A stretch of 41,294 nucleotides of DNA, from NCBI GenBank assembly GCA_002167365.1, contig NHCU01000024.1, positions 1 through 41,294 of the forward strand. The letters are read 5' to 3'. Shown in pieces: positions 10,010-18,842 of the stretch; within the stretch, counting starts at the first letter, position 1, and each line of letters starts with the position of its first letter. The stretch is from Betaproteobacteria bacterium TMED41. Lineage in GTDB: Bacteria > Pseudomonadota > Gammaproteobacteria > Burkholderiales > Burkholderiaceae_A. The notes under the pieces were generated by a model. It was not told where the DNA came from. It saw only the letters and a program-made list of their open reading frames with translations, and searched no databases. Both the position numbers and the translations under genes were made by a program.

Positions 10010-12064
10010 ATGAGTGAAAACAACTTTTTTTCTCTAAATGTCCGAGATTATGCCTCAGGAAGTATTTTGCTCCCGGGTAGTAAAAGCATATCAAACAGAG
10101 CGATTTTACTATCTGCGCTATGTGATGAAAAAGTTGAGATCATAAATTTTTTAGAATCAGAAGACACGGAAATTATGGTGGGTTGCTTAAAAGCCCTTGG
10201 TGTGAATTTTCAAAAAAAAAATAATTTAAAAAGTTCTCAGTATCCAGAATCGCAATTATTAACTCTAAATGTTGAAGGTATCGGCAAGAAATTTAATAGT
10301 GTGTTAAGTAATCCCAAAGAACTCAAATTCTTTGTTGGAAACTCAGGACTAACAATTAGAACAATCCTACCTGTTTTGGTTGCCATGTTTTCTGAAAATC
10401 TAAATTGCTCGAGTATTGAGATCGATGGAGTTGATAGGATGAGGCAACGCCCGATTGGAGATTTGGTTGATTGTCTAAAAAAAATTGGGGCCAGAATAAC
10501 TTATTTAAAAAATGAAGGCTATGCTCCTTTATTAATTCGCCCATCAAAAATTGTGCCGATAGATGAAATTGAAATTTCTACTCATGATTCAAGCCAGTTT
10601 TTAACGGGCATGCTTCAAGCTGCACCCTTACTAAGAAAATTTTGGAGTAATCCTATCTTAATTAAAACTGGAGGAATTAAATCTAGCCGATCCTATGTTG
10701 ATTTGACAATAAACATTTTAAAAAAGTTTGGTGTTTTGATTGAAGAAATTGAAAAAGATATTTTTAAGATTAATTCGGATAAATATATTTCACCTAAAAA
10801 AATAACCGTAGAGGGGGATGCATCCTCAGCATCTTATTTCCTGGCTGCAGGCATGTTGGGAAAAGGTCCAATTTGCACACACGGGGTTGGTGAAAAAAGT
10901 ATTCAAGGTGACATTAAACTTGCCCGTGTTTTGAAAAGTATGGGAGCGAAAGTAAAATTCACAAATCATTCTATCGAAATTTCAGGAAATAATAAATTAA
11001 TAGGAATAAATGTTGATTGTGGGGACATACCTGACGCTGCAATGGTGTTGCCCATTTGTGCGCTATACGCAGAAGGACCCACTGTATTGAGAAATATTGG
11101 TTCCTGGCGAGTCAAAGAGACTGATCGAATTAATGCAATAAGAGAGGGTATTATTCAGCTTGGTGGAGTTGTTAGCTATGGAGACGACTGGATGGAGATT
11201 AATCCGCCAAAAAAACTTTTAACCACCAAAATAAAAACTTTTAATGACCATAGAATTGCAATGAGTTTTTCTTTAGCAAGTTTTTTTCACCCTGGGGATG
11301 CTACTGATAGATCAAGAAAAATTTTTTTTGACAATCCCAAGTGTGTTGAGAAGACGTATCCGGACTTTTTTGACGATTTAGCTAGGGTATGTTCTCAGGC
11401 TGTTAAGGTAATTACAATTGATGGTCCAACTGCTTCTGGTAAAGGCACTATCTCCAATAGAGTGGCGGAATTGCTAGGTTTCAGGGTGTTAGACAGTGGA
11501 TGTTTTTATAGAGTTCTAGCTTTGGTTTCAGCCAGATTAAAAATTTTGGAAAATGATGAATCAAATTTAACTAAATGTGCAGAAAATTTGAACATTCGAT
11601 TTATTAATGGAAGAGTAATTTGTGATGAAGAGGACATATCCGATATGATTCGACAAGAATATATCGGAATTAGAGCCTCCAAAATCTCAGTGTTTAAGTC
11701 AGTTAGAAAAGTTCTTTTGAGATCTCAGCGAGATTTTGCCCGTTCACCTGGATTGGTTGCTGACGGAAGGGATATGGGTAGTATTGTGTTTCCTAATGCT
11801 TTCTTGAAAGTTTTTTTATCCGCTGATGTGAGAGTTAGAGCTGAAAGACGTCACAAGCAATTGATTCAAAAAGAAATCCCCTGTAAACTAAATGACCTTT
11901 TACAAGAAATTAAAAAACGTGACCAAAGAGACAATATACGAAAGGTTGGTTCTTTAAGTCTTGCTAAAAAAGTCTGTTCGATTCACATTGATACATCGTT
12001 GAAATCGATCAAAGAGGTGGTGCAGATTATCATTGATGAATTCAATTCAAAGTCTGCACTTTGA
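10010..12064 (+). CDS. aroA: Fused 3-phosphoshikimate 1-carboxyvinyltransferase (EPSP synthase, about residues 1-464) / cytidylate kinase (residues 465-684, nt 11402-12064)
   Basis: The AroA part has LPGSKSISNRAILLSAL, KETDRINAI and DHRIAMSFSLA. It continues without a stop into Cmk (VITIDGPTASGKGT P-loop, VADGRDMGSIVFP). It is a single 684-codon ORF. Confidence 0.9.
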   Translation: MSENNFFSLNVRDYASGSILLPGSKSISNRAILLSALCDEKVEIINFLESEDTEIMVGCLKALGVNFQKKNNLKSSQYPESQLLTLNVEGIGKKFNSVLSNPKELKFFVGNSGLTIRTILPVLVAMFSENLNCSSIEIDGVDRMRQRPIGDLVDCLKKIGARITYLKNEGYAPLLIRPSKIVPIDEIEISTHDSSQFLTGMLQAAPLLRKFWSNPILIKTGGIKSSRSYVDLTINILKKFGVLIEEIEKDIFKINSDKYISPKKITVEGDASSASYFLAAGMLGKGPICTHGVGEKSIQGDIKLARVLKSMGAKVKFTNHSIEISGNNKLIGINVDCGDIPDAAMVLPICALYAEGPTVLRNIGSWRVKETDRINAIREGIIQLGGVVSYGDDWMEINPPKKLLTTKIKTFNDHRIAMSFSLASFFHPGDATDRSRKIFFDNPKCVEKTYPDFFDDLARVCSQAVKVITIDGPTASGKGTISNRVAELLGFRVLDSGCFYRVLALVSARLKILENDESNLTKCAENLNIRFINGRVICDEEDISDMIRQEYIGIRASKISVFKSVRKVLLRSQRDFARSPGLVADGRDMGSIVFPNAFLKVFLSADVRVRAERRHKQLIQKEIPCKLNDLLQEIKKRDQRDNIRKVGSLSLAKKVCSIHIDTSLKSIKEVVQIIIDEFNSKSAL

Positions 12065-12072
12065 TTAACAAC

Positions 12073-12091
12073 TCAGCTTTTTTTAAGCTGA
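12073..12091 (+). other. Small stem-loop TCAGCTT-TTTTT-AAGCTGA in the 45-nt cmk-rpsA spacer
   Basis: 7-bp inverted repeat read directly. No U-tract follows, so it is not a convincing intrinsic terminator. Confidence 0.3.
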
Positions 12092-12109
12092 ATACAACTT
12101 ACTAATTTT

Positions 12110-13843
12110 ATGACATCCCAAACAACTGAAACACTTAAAAATGCTGATATTCCCCTCCCAGATAATGATTCATTTGCCTCTCTTTTTGCTGAGTCAGTAG
12201 CCAAGCAAGAAATGAGAACAGGAGAGGTAATTTCTGCCGAGGTTGTTCGCATTGATCAAAATCACGTAATTGTTAACGCTGGTCTTAAATCTGAAAGTTT
12301 TATTCCAGTGGAAGAGTTTTTCAATGATCAAAGAGAAATAGATGTTCAAGAAGGTGATTTTGTCTCAGTTGCGATTGAGTCATTAGAAGATGGAAGGGGT
12401 GAAACTAAGTTATCAAGAGACCGTGCTAAGCGTCTTGCCGCATGGGTAAGTTTAGAGAAAGCACTTGAGGCGGGTGATTTGATAACTGGAACTGTTACTG
12501 GAAAAGTCAAAGGTGGATTGACGGTAATGACGACTGGAATTCGAGCATTTTTACCGGGCTCACTTGTTGATACCAGACCTGTCAAGGACACTTCACATAT
12601 TGAGGGTAAAACACTTGAATTTAAGGTTATTAAATTAGATAGAAGAAGAAATAATGTTGTTGTTTCCAGAAGAGCTGTTGTTGAAAGTTCAATGGGTGAG
12701 GAAAGAAATAAACTAGTCGAAAATCTTAAAGAAGGCTCTTCTGTTAATGGTGTTGTCAAAAATATTACCGATTACGGAGCGTTTATCGATCTTGGGGGTA
12801 TAGATGGATTACTCCATATAACCGACATGGCTTGGAAAAGAGTTAGACATCCTTCAGAGGTACTTACTATTGGACAGGAGGTTACCGCCAAGGTGTTGCG
12901 CTATGATCAAGAGAAGAATAGAGTCTCTCTCGGAATAAAGCAGTTAGGCGATGATCCATGGGAAGGTGTAACTAGAAGGTATCCTCAAGGGACTCGTGTA
13001 TTTGGAAAAGTTACCAACATTACTGACTATGGAGCATTTGTAGAAATTGAGTCCGGGGTTGAGGGACTTGTTCATGTGTCTGAGATGGATTGGACTAATA
13101 AAAATGTCAATCCAGCTAAAATAGTTCAAAGTGGTGATGAACTTGAAGTTATGGTATTAGAGATTGACGGTGAGCGTAGACGTATTTCATTGGGTGTTAA
13201 ACAATGCCTCCCCAATCCGTGGGAAGAATTTGATAATAGCGTCAAAAAGGGAGAAAAAGTTTCTGGAACCATTAAGTCAATAACCGATTTTGGTGTCTTT
13301 ATAGGCCTCCCTGGCAATATTGATGGGCTAGTGCATCTGTCTGATTTATCATGGACCGAGTCTGGAGAAGAGGCTGTTAAAAAATACAAAAAATCAGAAG
13401 AGCTCGAAGCAGTAGTAATGGCTGTTGATGTTGAAAGGGAGAGAATTTCCTTAAGTGTCAAACAACTCCATGAAAATGATAATAAAAATACTAACACTTC
13501 CCTAGAAAAGGGCATGTCAGTTAGAGGAAAAGTTACCTCAATTGATTCAAAAGCCGCAATTATTACACTAGAAGATGGTGTTGAATGTATACTCCGAGCT
13601 TCCGATATCAGTAGAGAAAAAATTGATGATGCAAGAAATGTTCTCAAGGAGGGTGATTCTGTTGATGCCATCGTAGTTAATATTAATCGCAAGAGCAGTG
13701 AGATAAATATTTCTATTAAAGCTCAAGACTCTGCAGATGCTGCGGATGCCATGCAAAAAATGGCTGCCGAGGGTAATATTAACTCTGGAACCACAAACCT
13801 CGGTGCACTTTTAAAAGCAAAGCTAGATAAACCAGAAGATTAA
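12110..13843 (+). CDS. rpsA: 30S ribosomal protein S1
   Basis: Six S1 repeats (for example GTVTGKVKGGLTV, GVVKNITDYGAFIDLGGIDGLLHITD, GKVTNITDYGAFVEI). cmk-rpsA-ihfB synteny. Confidence 0.97.
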   Translation: MTSQTTETLKNADIPLPDNDSFASLFAESVAKQEMRTGEVISAEVVRIDQNHVIVNAGLKSESFIPVEEFFNDQREIDVQEGDFVSVAIESLEDGRGETKLSRDRAKRLAAWVSLEKALEAGDLITGTVTGKVKGGLTVMTTGIRAFLPGSLVDTRPVKDTSHIEGKTLEFKVIKLDRRRNNVVVSRRAVVESSMGEERNKLVENLKEGSSVNGVVKNITDYGAFIDLGGIDGLLHITDMAWKRVRHPSEVLTIGQEVTAKVLRYDQEKNRVSLGIKQLGDDPWEGVTRRYPQGTRVFGKVTNITDYGAFVEIESGVEGLVHVSEMDWTNKNVNPAKIVQSGDELEVMVLEIDGERRRISLGVKQCLPNPWEEFDNSVKKGEKVSGTIKSITDFGVFIGLPGNIDGLVHLSDLSWTESGEEAVKKYKKSEELEAVVMAVDVERERISLSVKQLHENDNKNTNTSLEKGMSVRGKVTSIDSKAAIITLEDGVECILRASDISREKIDDARNVLKEGDSVDAIVVNINRKSSEINISIKAQDSADAADAMQKMAAEGNINSGTTNLGALLKAKLDKPED

Positions 13844-13864
13844 TACACAAAAGCGGGTGCTTGT

Positions 13865-14176
13865 TTGACTAAATCTGATTTAATTACTCGATTAGCTAAA
13901 AAGTTTGAAAACATTGGTACTAACAATAGTGCAGATATATCCATCCTAGGACATAAAGACTGCGAATTGTGTGTCAGAACTATATTGAATTCAATGATTT
14001 CTGCTCTATCAAATGGTAAAAGAATAGAAGTCAGAGGTTTTGGTACATTTGCTGTTAGCTCCAGACCAGAGAGAGTTGGTAGAAATCCCAAAACAGGCGA
14101 ATCAGTTTTTGTTCCAGAAAAAAAAGTACTGCACTTCAAATGCGGGAAAGACTTAAGAAAAAAATTAAATCTTTGA
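13865..14176 (+). CDS. ihfB: Integration host factor subunit beta
   Basis: MTKSDLI N-terminus (TTG start), RIEVRGFGTF and GRNPKTGESV. Lies downstream of rpsA. Confidence 0.9.
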   Translation: MTKSDLITRLAKKFENIGTNNSADISILGHKDCELCVRTILNSMISALSNGKRIEVRGFGTFAVSSRPERVGRNPKTGESVFVPEKKVLHFKCGKDLRKKLNL

Positions 14177-14187
14177 ACTACTTAGCA

Positions 14188-14427
14188 ATGAGAATTTTGT
14201 TATGGCTTTTCAGAATAATCATCTTCTCCTTCGTCTTACTTTTTGCTTTCAATAATACCAATCTAGTTAATCTCAATTTGTTTCTTGGCGTAACAAATTT
14301 TACCCTTCAAGGACCTTTGATAGTCTGGCTTTTAATCGCTTTTATTGCCGGTATCCTTCTTACGTTGGTTTTTCTCTTTCCAATTATTGTTCGTTACTGG
14401 CGGACTTCTAATCGTAATGCAGATTGA
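14188..14427 (+). CDS. lapA: Lipopolysaccharide assembly protein LapA (DUF1049 membrane protein)
   Basis: Two-TM small protein, MRILLWLFRIIIFSFVLLFAF...LIVWLLIAFIAGILLTLVF, immediately before lapB. The ATG at 14188 is preferred over the track start at 14140, which overlaps ihfB. Confidence 0.6.
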   Translation: MRILLWLFRIIIFSFVLLFAFNNTNLVNLNLFLGVTNFTLQGPLIVWLLIAFIAGILLTLVFLFPIIVRYWRTSNRNAD

Positions 14428-15181
14428 ATTATGGTGGCTTTTAGTTTTACCATTGATGTTTATTGTGGGTTGGGTGTCCGCTAATTGGGACAAAAAACAA
14501 CAGAAAGATTTCAAAGATGGCGTTTCAAAGGATTTTGAACAGATAATTTTATTTTTGTCTAACGAAAAAATTCCTGATGCTTCTAAATGGCTGTTGAATG
14601 CAGCAAAGAAAGATCCCAAGTGTTATGTTCTACAACTTTCTTTGGGAATTTTGTACAGAAGAGGTGGTTTGATAGACCGTGCTATTGAAGTCCACGGGTC
14701 GTTACTTTCAGTTAAGGATTTGACAAAAGAACATAGAGATTTGATTGTTTTTGAACTTGCTAAAGATTATTTGAAAGCAGGTTTGTTTGATAGGGCTGAT
14801 TTGACTTTAGAGTTACTAGAAAAAACAAGTTTTTATGAGGAATCATTAAAATTAAGATTATCACTTGCTCAAAGGCTACAAAAATGGTCTGAGGCAATTA
14901 TTTTTGCTGAAAAACTTGAGGGTAAAAATAAAATTTCGCTTAAAAATTTAAAAATACATTTTTTTTGTGAAATGGCCGAAAAAGGAGATAATAATGCAAA
15001 AGAAAAAGCAAGAGAAATTGGTTTTGATCACCCTAGAGTTAGGTCCTTCGAGATGTCTAAGCCAAACTTAGATCATTCAGGTTTTTCTAAAAGTTCTTTT
15101 GAGTGTTCCATATGTGGTGCAAAATTTTCAAGTCACTTTTGGAAATGTCATGTTTGCAATACATGGGATAGCGCAAATTGA
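14417..15181 (+). CDS. lapB: Lipopolysaccharide assembly protein LapB (YciM), short form
   Basis: N-terminal TM MQIELWWLLVLPLMFIVGW, a TPR region (LGILYRRGGLIDRAIEVH) and a C-terminal rubredoxin-like CSICG...CHVCNTWDS. The ATG at 14417 was chosen by alignment logic to the E. coli LapB N-terminus. Confidence 0.75.
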   Translation: MQIELWWLLVLPLMFIVGWVSANWDKKQQKDFKDGVSKDFEQIILFLSNEKIPDASKWLLNAAKKDPKCYVLQLSLGILYRRGGLIDRAIEVHGSLLSVKDLTKEHRDLIVFELAKDYLKAGLFDRADLTLELLEKTSFYEESLKLRLSLAQRLQKWSEAIIFAEKLEGKNKISLKNLKIHFFCEMAEKGDNNAKEKAREIGFDHPRVRSFEMSKPNLDHSGFSKSSFECSICGAKFSSHFWKCHVCNTWDSAN

Positions 15182-15207
15182 TTAATAAAATAGTTTAAAT
15201 TTTAGTT

Positions 15208-16092
15208 ATGCCTAAACAAGCTCAAATAGGTTTTGTCGAACAATTTTATAAGTATTTAAGGTTAGCCAGATTGGACAAACCAGTTGGTTTTTTATTACTG
15301 CTATGGCCTACCTTATGGGGTTTATGGATGGCAGAAAATGGCTTTCCAGAAATTGGCAGATTGTCTATATTTATTTTGGGTGTCTTTATTATGAGGTCTG
15401 CAGGTTGTATTATTAACGATATTATTGATAAGGGATTTGATAAAGATGTAACTCGAACATCTGAACGAGTTTTAGTTACAGGAGAAGTTTCAGTTACTGA
15501 AGCGTATTTTATTGTTGCCGGATTGTTGGCTGTGGCGGCCAGTTTATTGGTGTCATTAAATGAATATGCCGTCAATATTGCTTTTATTGCAGCATTTTCA
15601 GTCATCATTTATCCATTTTTTAAACGGTTTTTTCCGGTTCCTCAGGCAGTTTTAGGTATTGCTTTTGGGTTTGGAATACTTATGGCTTATGCGGACACCA
15701 AAGAATCTATAGATCCAATAGCTTGGACTATGTTTTTAGGAAATTTTTTTTGGGCAATCAGTTACGATACTGCTTATGCAATGGTTGACAAAGAGGATGA
15801 TTTGAAAATAGGTTTGAAAAGTAGTGCTATAACTTTTGGAAAACTCGATATTGCTGCTGTTTGTGTTTGTCAGTTTATTTTCTTGATTCTTATGATTGCC
15901 CCTATTTCGCTAATGAGCTTCGGATTTATATATGGAATTTTCTGGTTTTTCGCAGCTATTTATTCTTTTTATTTGGGCTTATCTTTGGTCGAGAACCCCA
16001 AAGAAGGTAGTTTTAGTTTTTTCCAAAAAAGCCATAGAGTTGGAGCAATTTTATTTTTTGGTATGCTCTTGGATTTGTTTATCAATCTCTAG
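15208..16092 (+). CDS. ubiA: 4-hydroxybenzoate polyprenyltransferase
   Basis: ARLDKPVGFLLLLWPTLWGLW, GCIINDIIDKGFDKDVTRT and YDTAYAMVDKEDD (UbiA prenyltransferase motifs). Confidence 0.9.
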   Translation: MPKQAQIGFVEQFYKYLRLARLDKPVGFLLLLWPTLWGLWMAENGFPEIGRLSIFILGVFIMRSAGCIINDIIDKGFDKDVTRTSERVLVTGEVSVTEAYFIVAGLLAVAASLLVSLNEYAVNIAFIAAFSVIIYPFFKRFFPVPQAVLGIAFGFGILMAYADTKESIDPIAWTMFLGNFFWAISYDTAYAMVDKEDDLKIGLKSSAITFGKLDIAAVCVCQFIFLILMIAPISLMSFGFIYGIFWFFAAIYSFYLGLSLVENPKEGSFSFFQKSHRVGAILFFGMLLDLFINL

Positions 16093-16914
16093 AGAAAGAG
16101 TTTTACTCTTGGTTTTTGCTTTTGCTATAGCTTTATCAATGATATAGTTAAAATCCTTACTTTCGAGATAATTTAAAGCCTCTTGGGTGGTTCCACCTTT
16201 TGAGGCAACTGTTGAAATTAATTCTTCTGACGAATTATCACTTTTTTCCCACAATTTAATGGATCCGATCACAGTAAAAAAAACAACCTTACTAGCAAAA
16301 GATTTTGGTAACCCAGAATTGACTGCCGCTTGTTCAATTGCTGAAATAAATTTGAAAATATATCCAGGTCCAGAACCTGACACTGCCGTTACAGCATCAA
16401 TCATTTTTTCACTGGGTAATTTAATTACCTCACCAATTTGAGACAAAATTTTTATTGCTTGTTTTTGAATTTCTAAACTATTGTTCCTTGTTGAGTAGTA
16501 ACCGGTAACTCCCATTTTGATTAAAGCAGGTGTATTTGGCATTGCTCGGACAATATTTTTACTTTGAGTAATTTTTTTTAAAGTTTTAATACTCAATCCC
16601 GCAACAATTGACAAAAAAGAGGACTTTGAAAGCCAATTTATTTTAGCCTTTAAAATTTCTCGATAAAGCAAGCCAACTTGTTGAGGTTTTATTGCAAGAA
16701 TTATCCACAAAGGTCGAACATCTTTTTTTTTAAAATCTTTTAAGTCGTTAAAAACTTCTATGGATGATTTGCATGATTTTTGTTTCGTAAGTTTAAGTAT
16801 TTTTTTTCTTGCCAGATCTACTGGATCAATTACAAAAATGCTGTGCCTATTGGAAATCAGACCAGAAATTATTGCGTGTGACATATTTCCACCACCAATA
16901 AACAAAATTTTCAT
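16051..16914 (-). CDS. proC: Pyrroline-5-carboxylate reductase
   Basis: MKILFIGGGNMSHAIISGL, VRAMPNTPALI and SKGGTTQEAL. The 3' end overlaps ubiA by 42 nt. Confidence 0.9.
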   Translation of the reverse strand: MKILFIGGGNMSHAIISGLISNRHSIFVIDPVDLARKKILKLTKQKSCKSSIEVFNDLKDFKKKDVRPLWIILAIKPQQVGLLYREILKAKINWLSKSSFLSIVAGLSIKTLKKITQSKNIVRAMPNTPALIKMGVTGYYSTRNNSLEIQKQAIKILSQIGEVIKLPSEKMIDAVTAVSGSGPGYIFKFISAIEQAAVNSGLPKSFASKVVFFTVIGSIKLWEKSDNSSEELISTVASKGGTTQEALNYLESKDFNYIIDKAIAKAKTKSKTLSLEIDKQIQEHTKK

Positions 16915-16928
16915 TTTTCATTTCCCTT

Positions 16929-18497
16929 CTAGTACCTGGTCAATAACTTTTTAACAGAATACCCAAAAAATTTGACTAGTAATATGTAAAGCAATGCAAA
17001 TCCCAAAATAATACCCAGAAAAAATAATAATCTAATTATTGGAGTTTCTTGTAACTCTTTCCAATTTAGTTCATTGGAAATTAAAACACAAAGTGATGTA
17101 ATTATTATCGAAGCAATAAAAATAGCAAACAAAAACTTAAACCATTCGTTACTAGGCTTATAAATCTTTCTTTTGATCAAGACAAGCATTAGCATTGATG
17201 CATTGAAAAGAGCGGCTATGCTAATTGCAAGTGCAAGACCGGCATGAGCAAGAATAGGTACTAAAAAGTAGTTTAAAATTTGAGTCAATACCAGAGTAAC
17301 AACCGCAATTTTTACTGGAGTTTTAATGTCCTGTTGTGCATAAAAGCCAGGAGCCAATATCTTAATTGTAACTAAGCCTAAAATACCTACTGAATATGCT
17401 GTGATTGCCCTTGATGACATAACTAAATCATCATCGGAAAACGCGCCGTAATGAAAAATTACTGAAGTAATAGGTTCAGCCAATGTTGCCATTAAAAATG
17501 CCGCAGGAATGCAAAAAAAAGCCACAAGTCTAAGCCCCCAATCTAGTAGGGAAGAGATTCTTTTTGTATCTTTTAAACTCCAAGACTTGGTAAGACTGGG
17601 TAATAATACGGTTCCTAATGCAACACCTAAGAGTGCCGTAGGTAATTCCATAATTCTATCGGCGTAAGATAACCATGAAACGCTTCCAGACTCAAGACGA
17701 GATGCAATATTAGTATTTATTATCAAGCTTACTTGCGCAACGGATACAGCGAGAGTTGCAGGCAACATTAAGGTTAGTATTTTTCTTACATTTTCATTTT
17801 TATAAATTTTAATCAGTTTTTCAAAAGGATTGAATAAAGATGGTTGAAAATTATCAAAAACTCCAATCTTTTTCAGAGCCCAAAATTGAAGTGATAGCTG
17901 GCAAATGCCACCTATAACAACAGCTGAAACCAGAGCCCAAATTGGCTGTTCGATATGTGGACTTAAGGCCACAATAGAAAAAATAAAGGAAATATTAAGT
18001 AAAACAGGGGTAATTGCTGGAATTTTAAACTTCGAAAATATATTCAAAACTCCTGACGATAAAGCGACCAAAGAAATAAACAAAATATACGGAAACATCC
18101 ATCGTGTCATTTGAACAGTTAATTCATACTTCTCAAAATTATCGTTAAATCCTCCAGTCATTGTCCACACAATCCAAGGAGTAAAAATTATTCCAAGAAA
18201 AGTGACAAAAATTAGCAAAAATGATAATAAAAAAGCCACCTTTAAGGCTAACCGCTTAGCATGATCATCGCCCTGGACACTTTTAATTTCACCTAAAACC
18301 GGAATAAATGCTTGAGAAAAAGCTCCCTCTGCAAATAATCTTCTTAAAAGGTTAGGAATTCGAAAAGCCACGAAGAAAGCATCTGTTTGCTCGGAAACAC
18401 CGAAATAACTGGCTATTAGCATTTCTCTGACTAATCCTGTTATTCTTGAAATCAGTGTAAAAAAACTAATTGACGCTGTAGTCTTGAATAAGTCCAT
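16929..18497 (-). CDS. murJ: Lipid II flippase MurJ (MviN)
   Basis: SRITGLVREMLIASYFGVSEQTDAFFVAFRIPNLLRRLFAEGAFSQAFIPVL. Polytopic membrane protein, divergent from rpsT as in many proteobacteria. Confidence 0.92.
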   Translation of the reverse strand: MDLFKTTASISFFTLISRITGLVREMLIASYFGVSEQTDAFFVAFRIPNLLRRLFAEGAFSQAFIPVLGEIKSVQGDDHAKRLALKVAFLLSFLLIFVTFLGIIFTPWIVWTMTGGFNDNFEKYELTVQMTRWMFPYILFISLVALSSGVLNIFSKFKIPAITPVLLNISFIFSIVALSPHIEQPIWALVSAVVIGGICQLSLQFWALKKIGVFDNFQPSLFNPFEKLIKIYKNENVRKILTLMLPATLAVSVAQVSLIINTNIASRLESGSVSWLSYADRIMELPTALLGVALGTVLLPSLTKSWSLKDTKRISSLLDWGLRLVAFFCIPAAFLMATLAEPITSVIFHYGAFSDDDLVMSSRAITAYSVGILGLVTIKILAPGFYAQQDIKTPVKIAVVTLVLTQILNYFLVPILAHAGLALAISIAALFNASMLMLVLIKRKIYKPSNEWFKFLFAIFIASIIITSLCVLISNELNWKELQETPIIRLLFFLGIILGFALLYILLVKFFGYSVKKLLTRY

Positions 18498-18540
18498 AGA
18501 TAATTGTATGCTCTTTTTATTAGTTTTTTAAAAGGCTCTC

Positions 18541-18804
18541 ATGGCAAATTCTGTATCTGCAAGAAAAAGTGCACGTCAATCATTATCTCGACGATTATCA
18601 AATCAAGGTCTCAGAACCGCGTATAGAACTTCTGTAAAGTCTGTTCAAAAAGCCGTTGAGTCTGGTGATAAGAAATTGGCTCAGGCTACATTCAAAGTCG
18701 CTCAATCTTCTATTGATAAAATAGCCGACAAAAAAATTGTACATAAAAACAAGGCCGCTAGACATAAAAAAAGGCTGAATGCCAGCATTAGGGCTATGCC
18801 TTAG
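18541..18804 (+). CDS. rpsT: 30S ribosomal protein S20
   Basis: MANSVSARKSARQS..., a basic 87-aa protein. Conserved murJ<>rpsT arrangement. Confidence 0.95.
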   Translation: MANSVSARKSARQSLSRRLSNQGLRTAYRTSVKSVQKAVESGDKKLAQATFKVAQSSIDKIADKKIVHKNKAARHKKRLNASIRAMP

Positions 18805-18842
18805 TTTACTTGTGGGTTTAAATTTTTTTAATGACTTCAAAT

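Noticed and set aside
12346-13692. Long antisense ORFs inside rpsA (12346-12759, 137 aa; 13126-13692, 188 aa; plus 12944-13129 and 13568-13756)
   Set aside because: These are shadow frames of a highly expressed, codon-biased gene. The translations are low-complexity and Ser/Thr/Leu-rich with no recognisable motifs, and they are fully embedded in a confidently identified CDS.
13840-14139. 99-aa minus-strand ORF opposite ihfB
   Set aside because: It is entirely antisense to the well-supported ihfB gene and has no motif or RBS. This is a typical shadow ORF.
13865-14176. Apparent 11-aa insertion between helices 1 and 2 of IHF-beta relative to E. coli
   Set aside because: As I recall, betaproteobacterial IhfB proteins commonly carry a similar insertion, so it is likely lineage-typical rather than unusual.
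15932-16954. Small ORFs 15932-16147 (+), 16187-16441 (+) and 16760-16954 (+) around ubiA/proC
   Set aside because: They are alternative-frame or antisense to ubiA and proC, have no recognisable domains, and are explained by the real genes.
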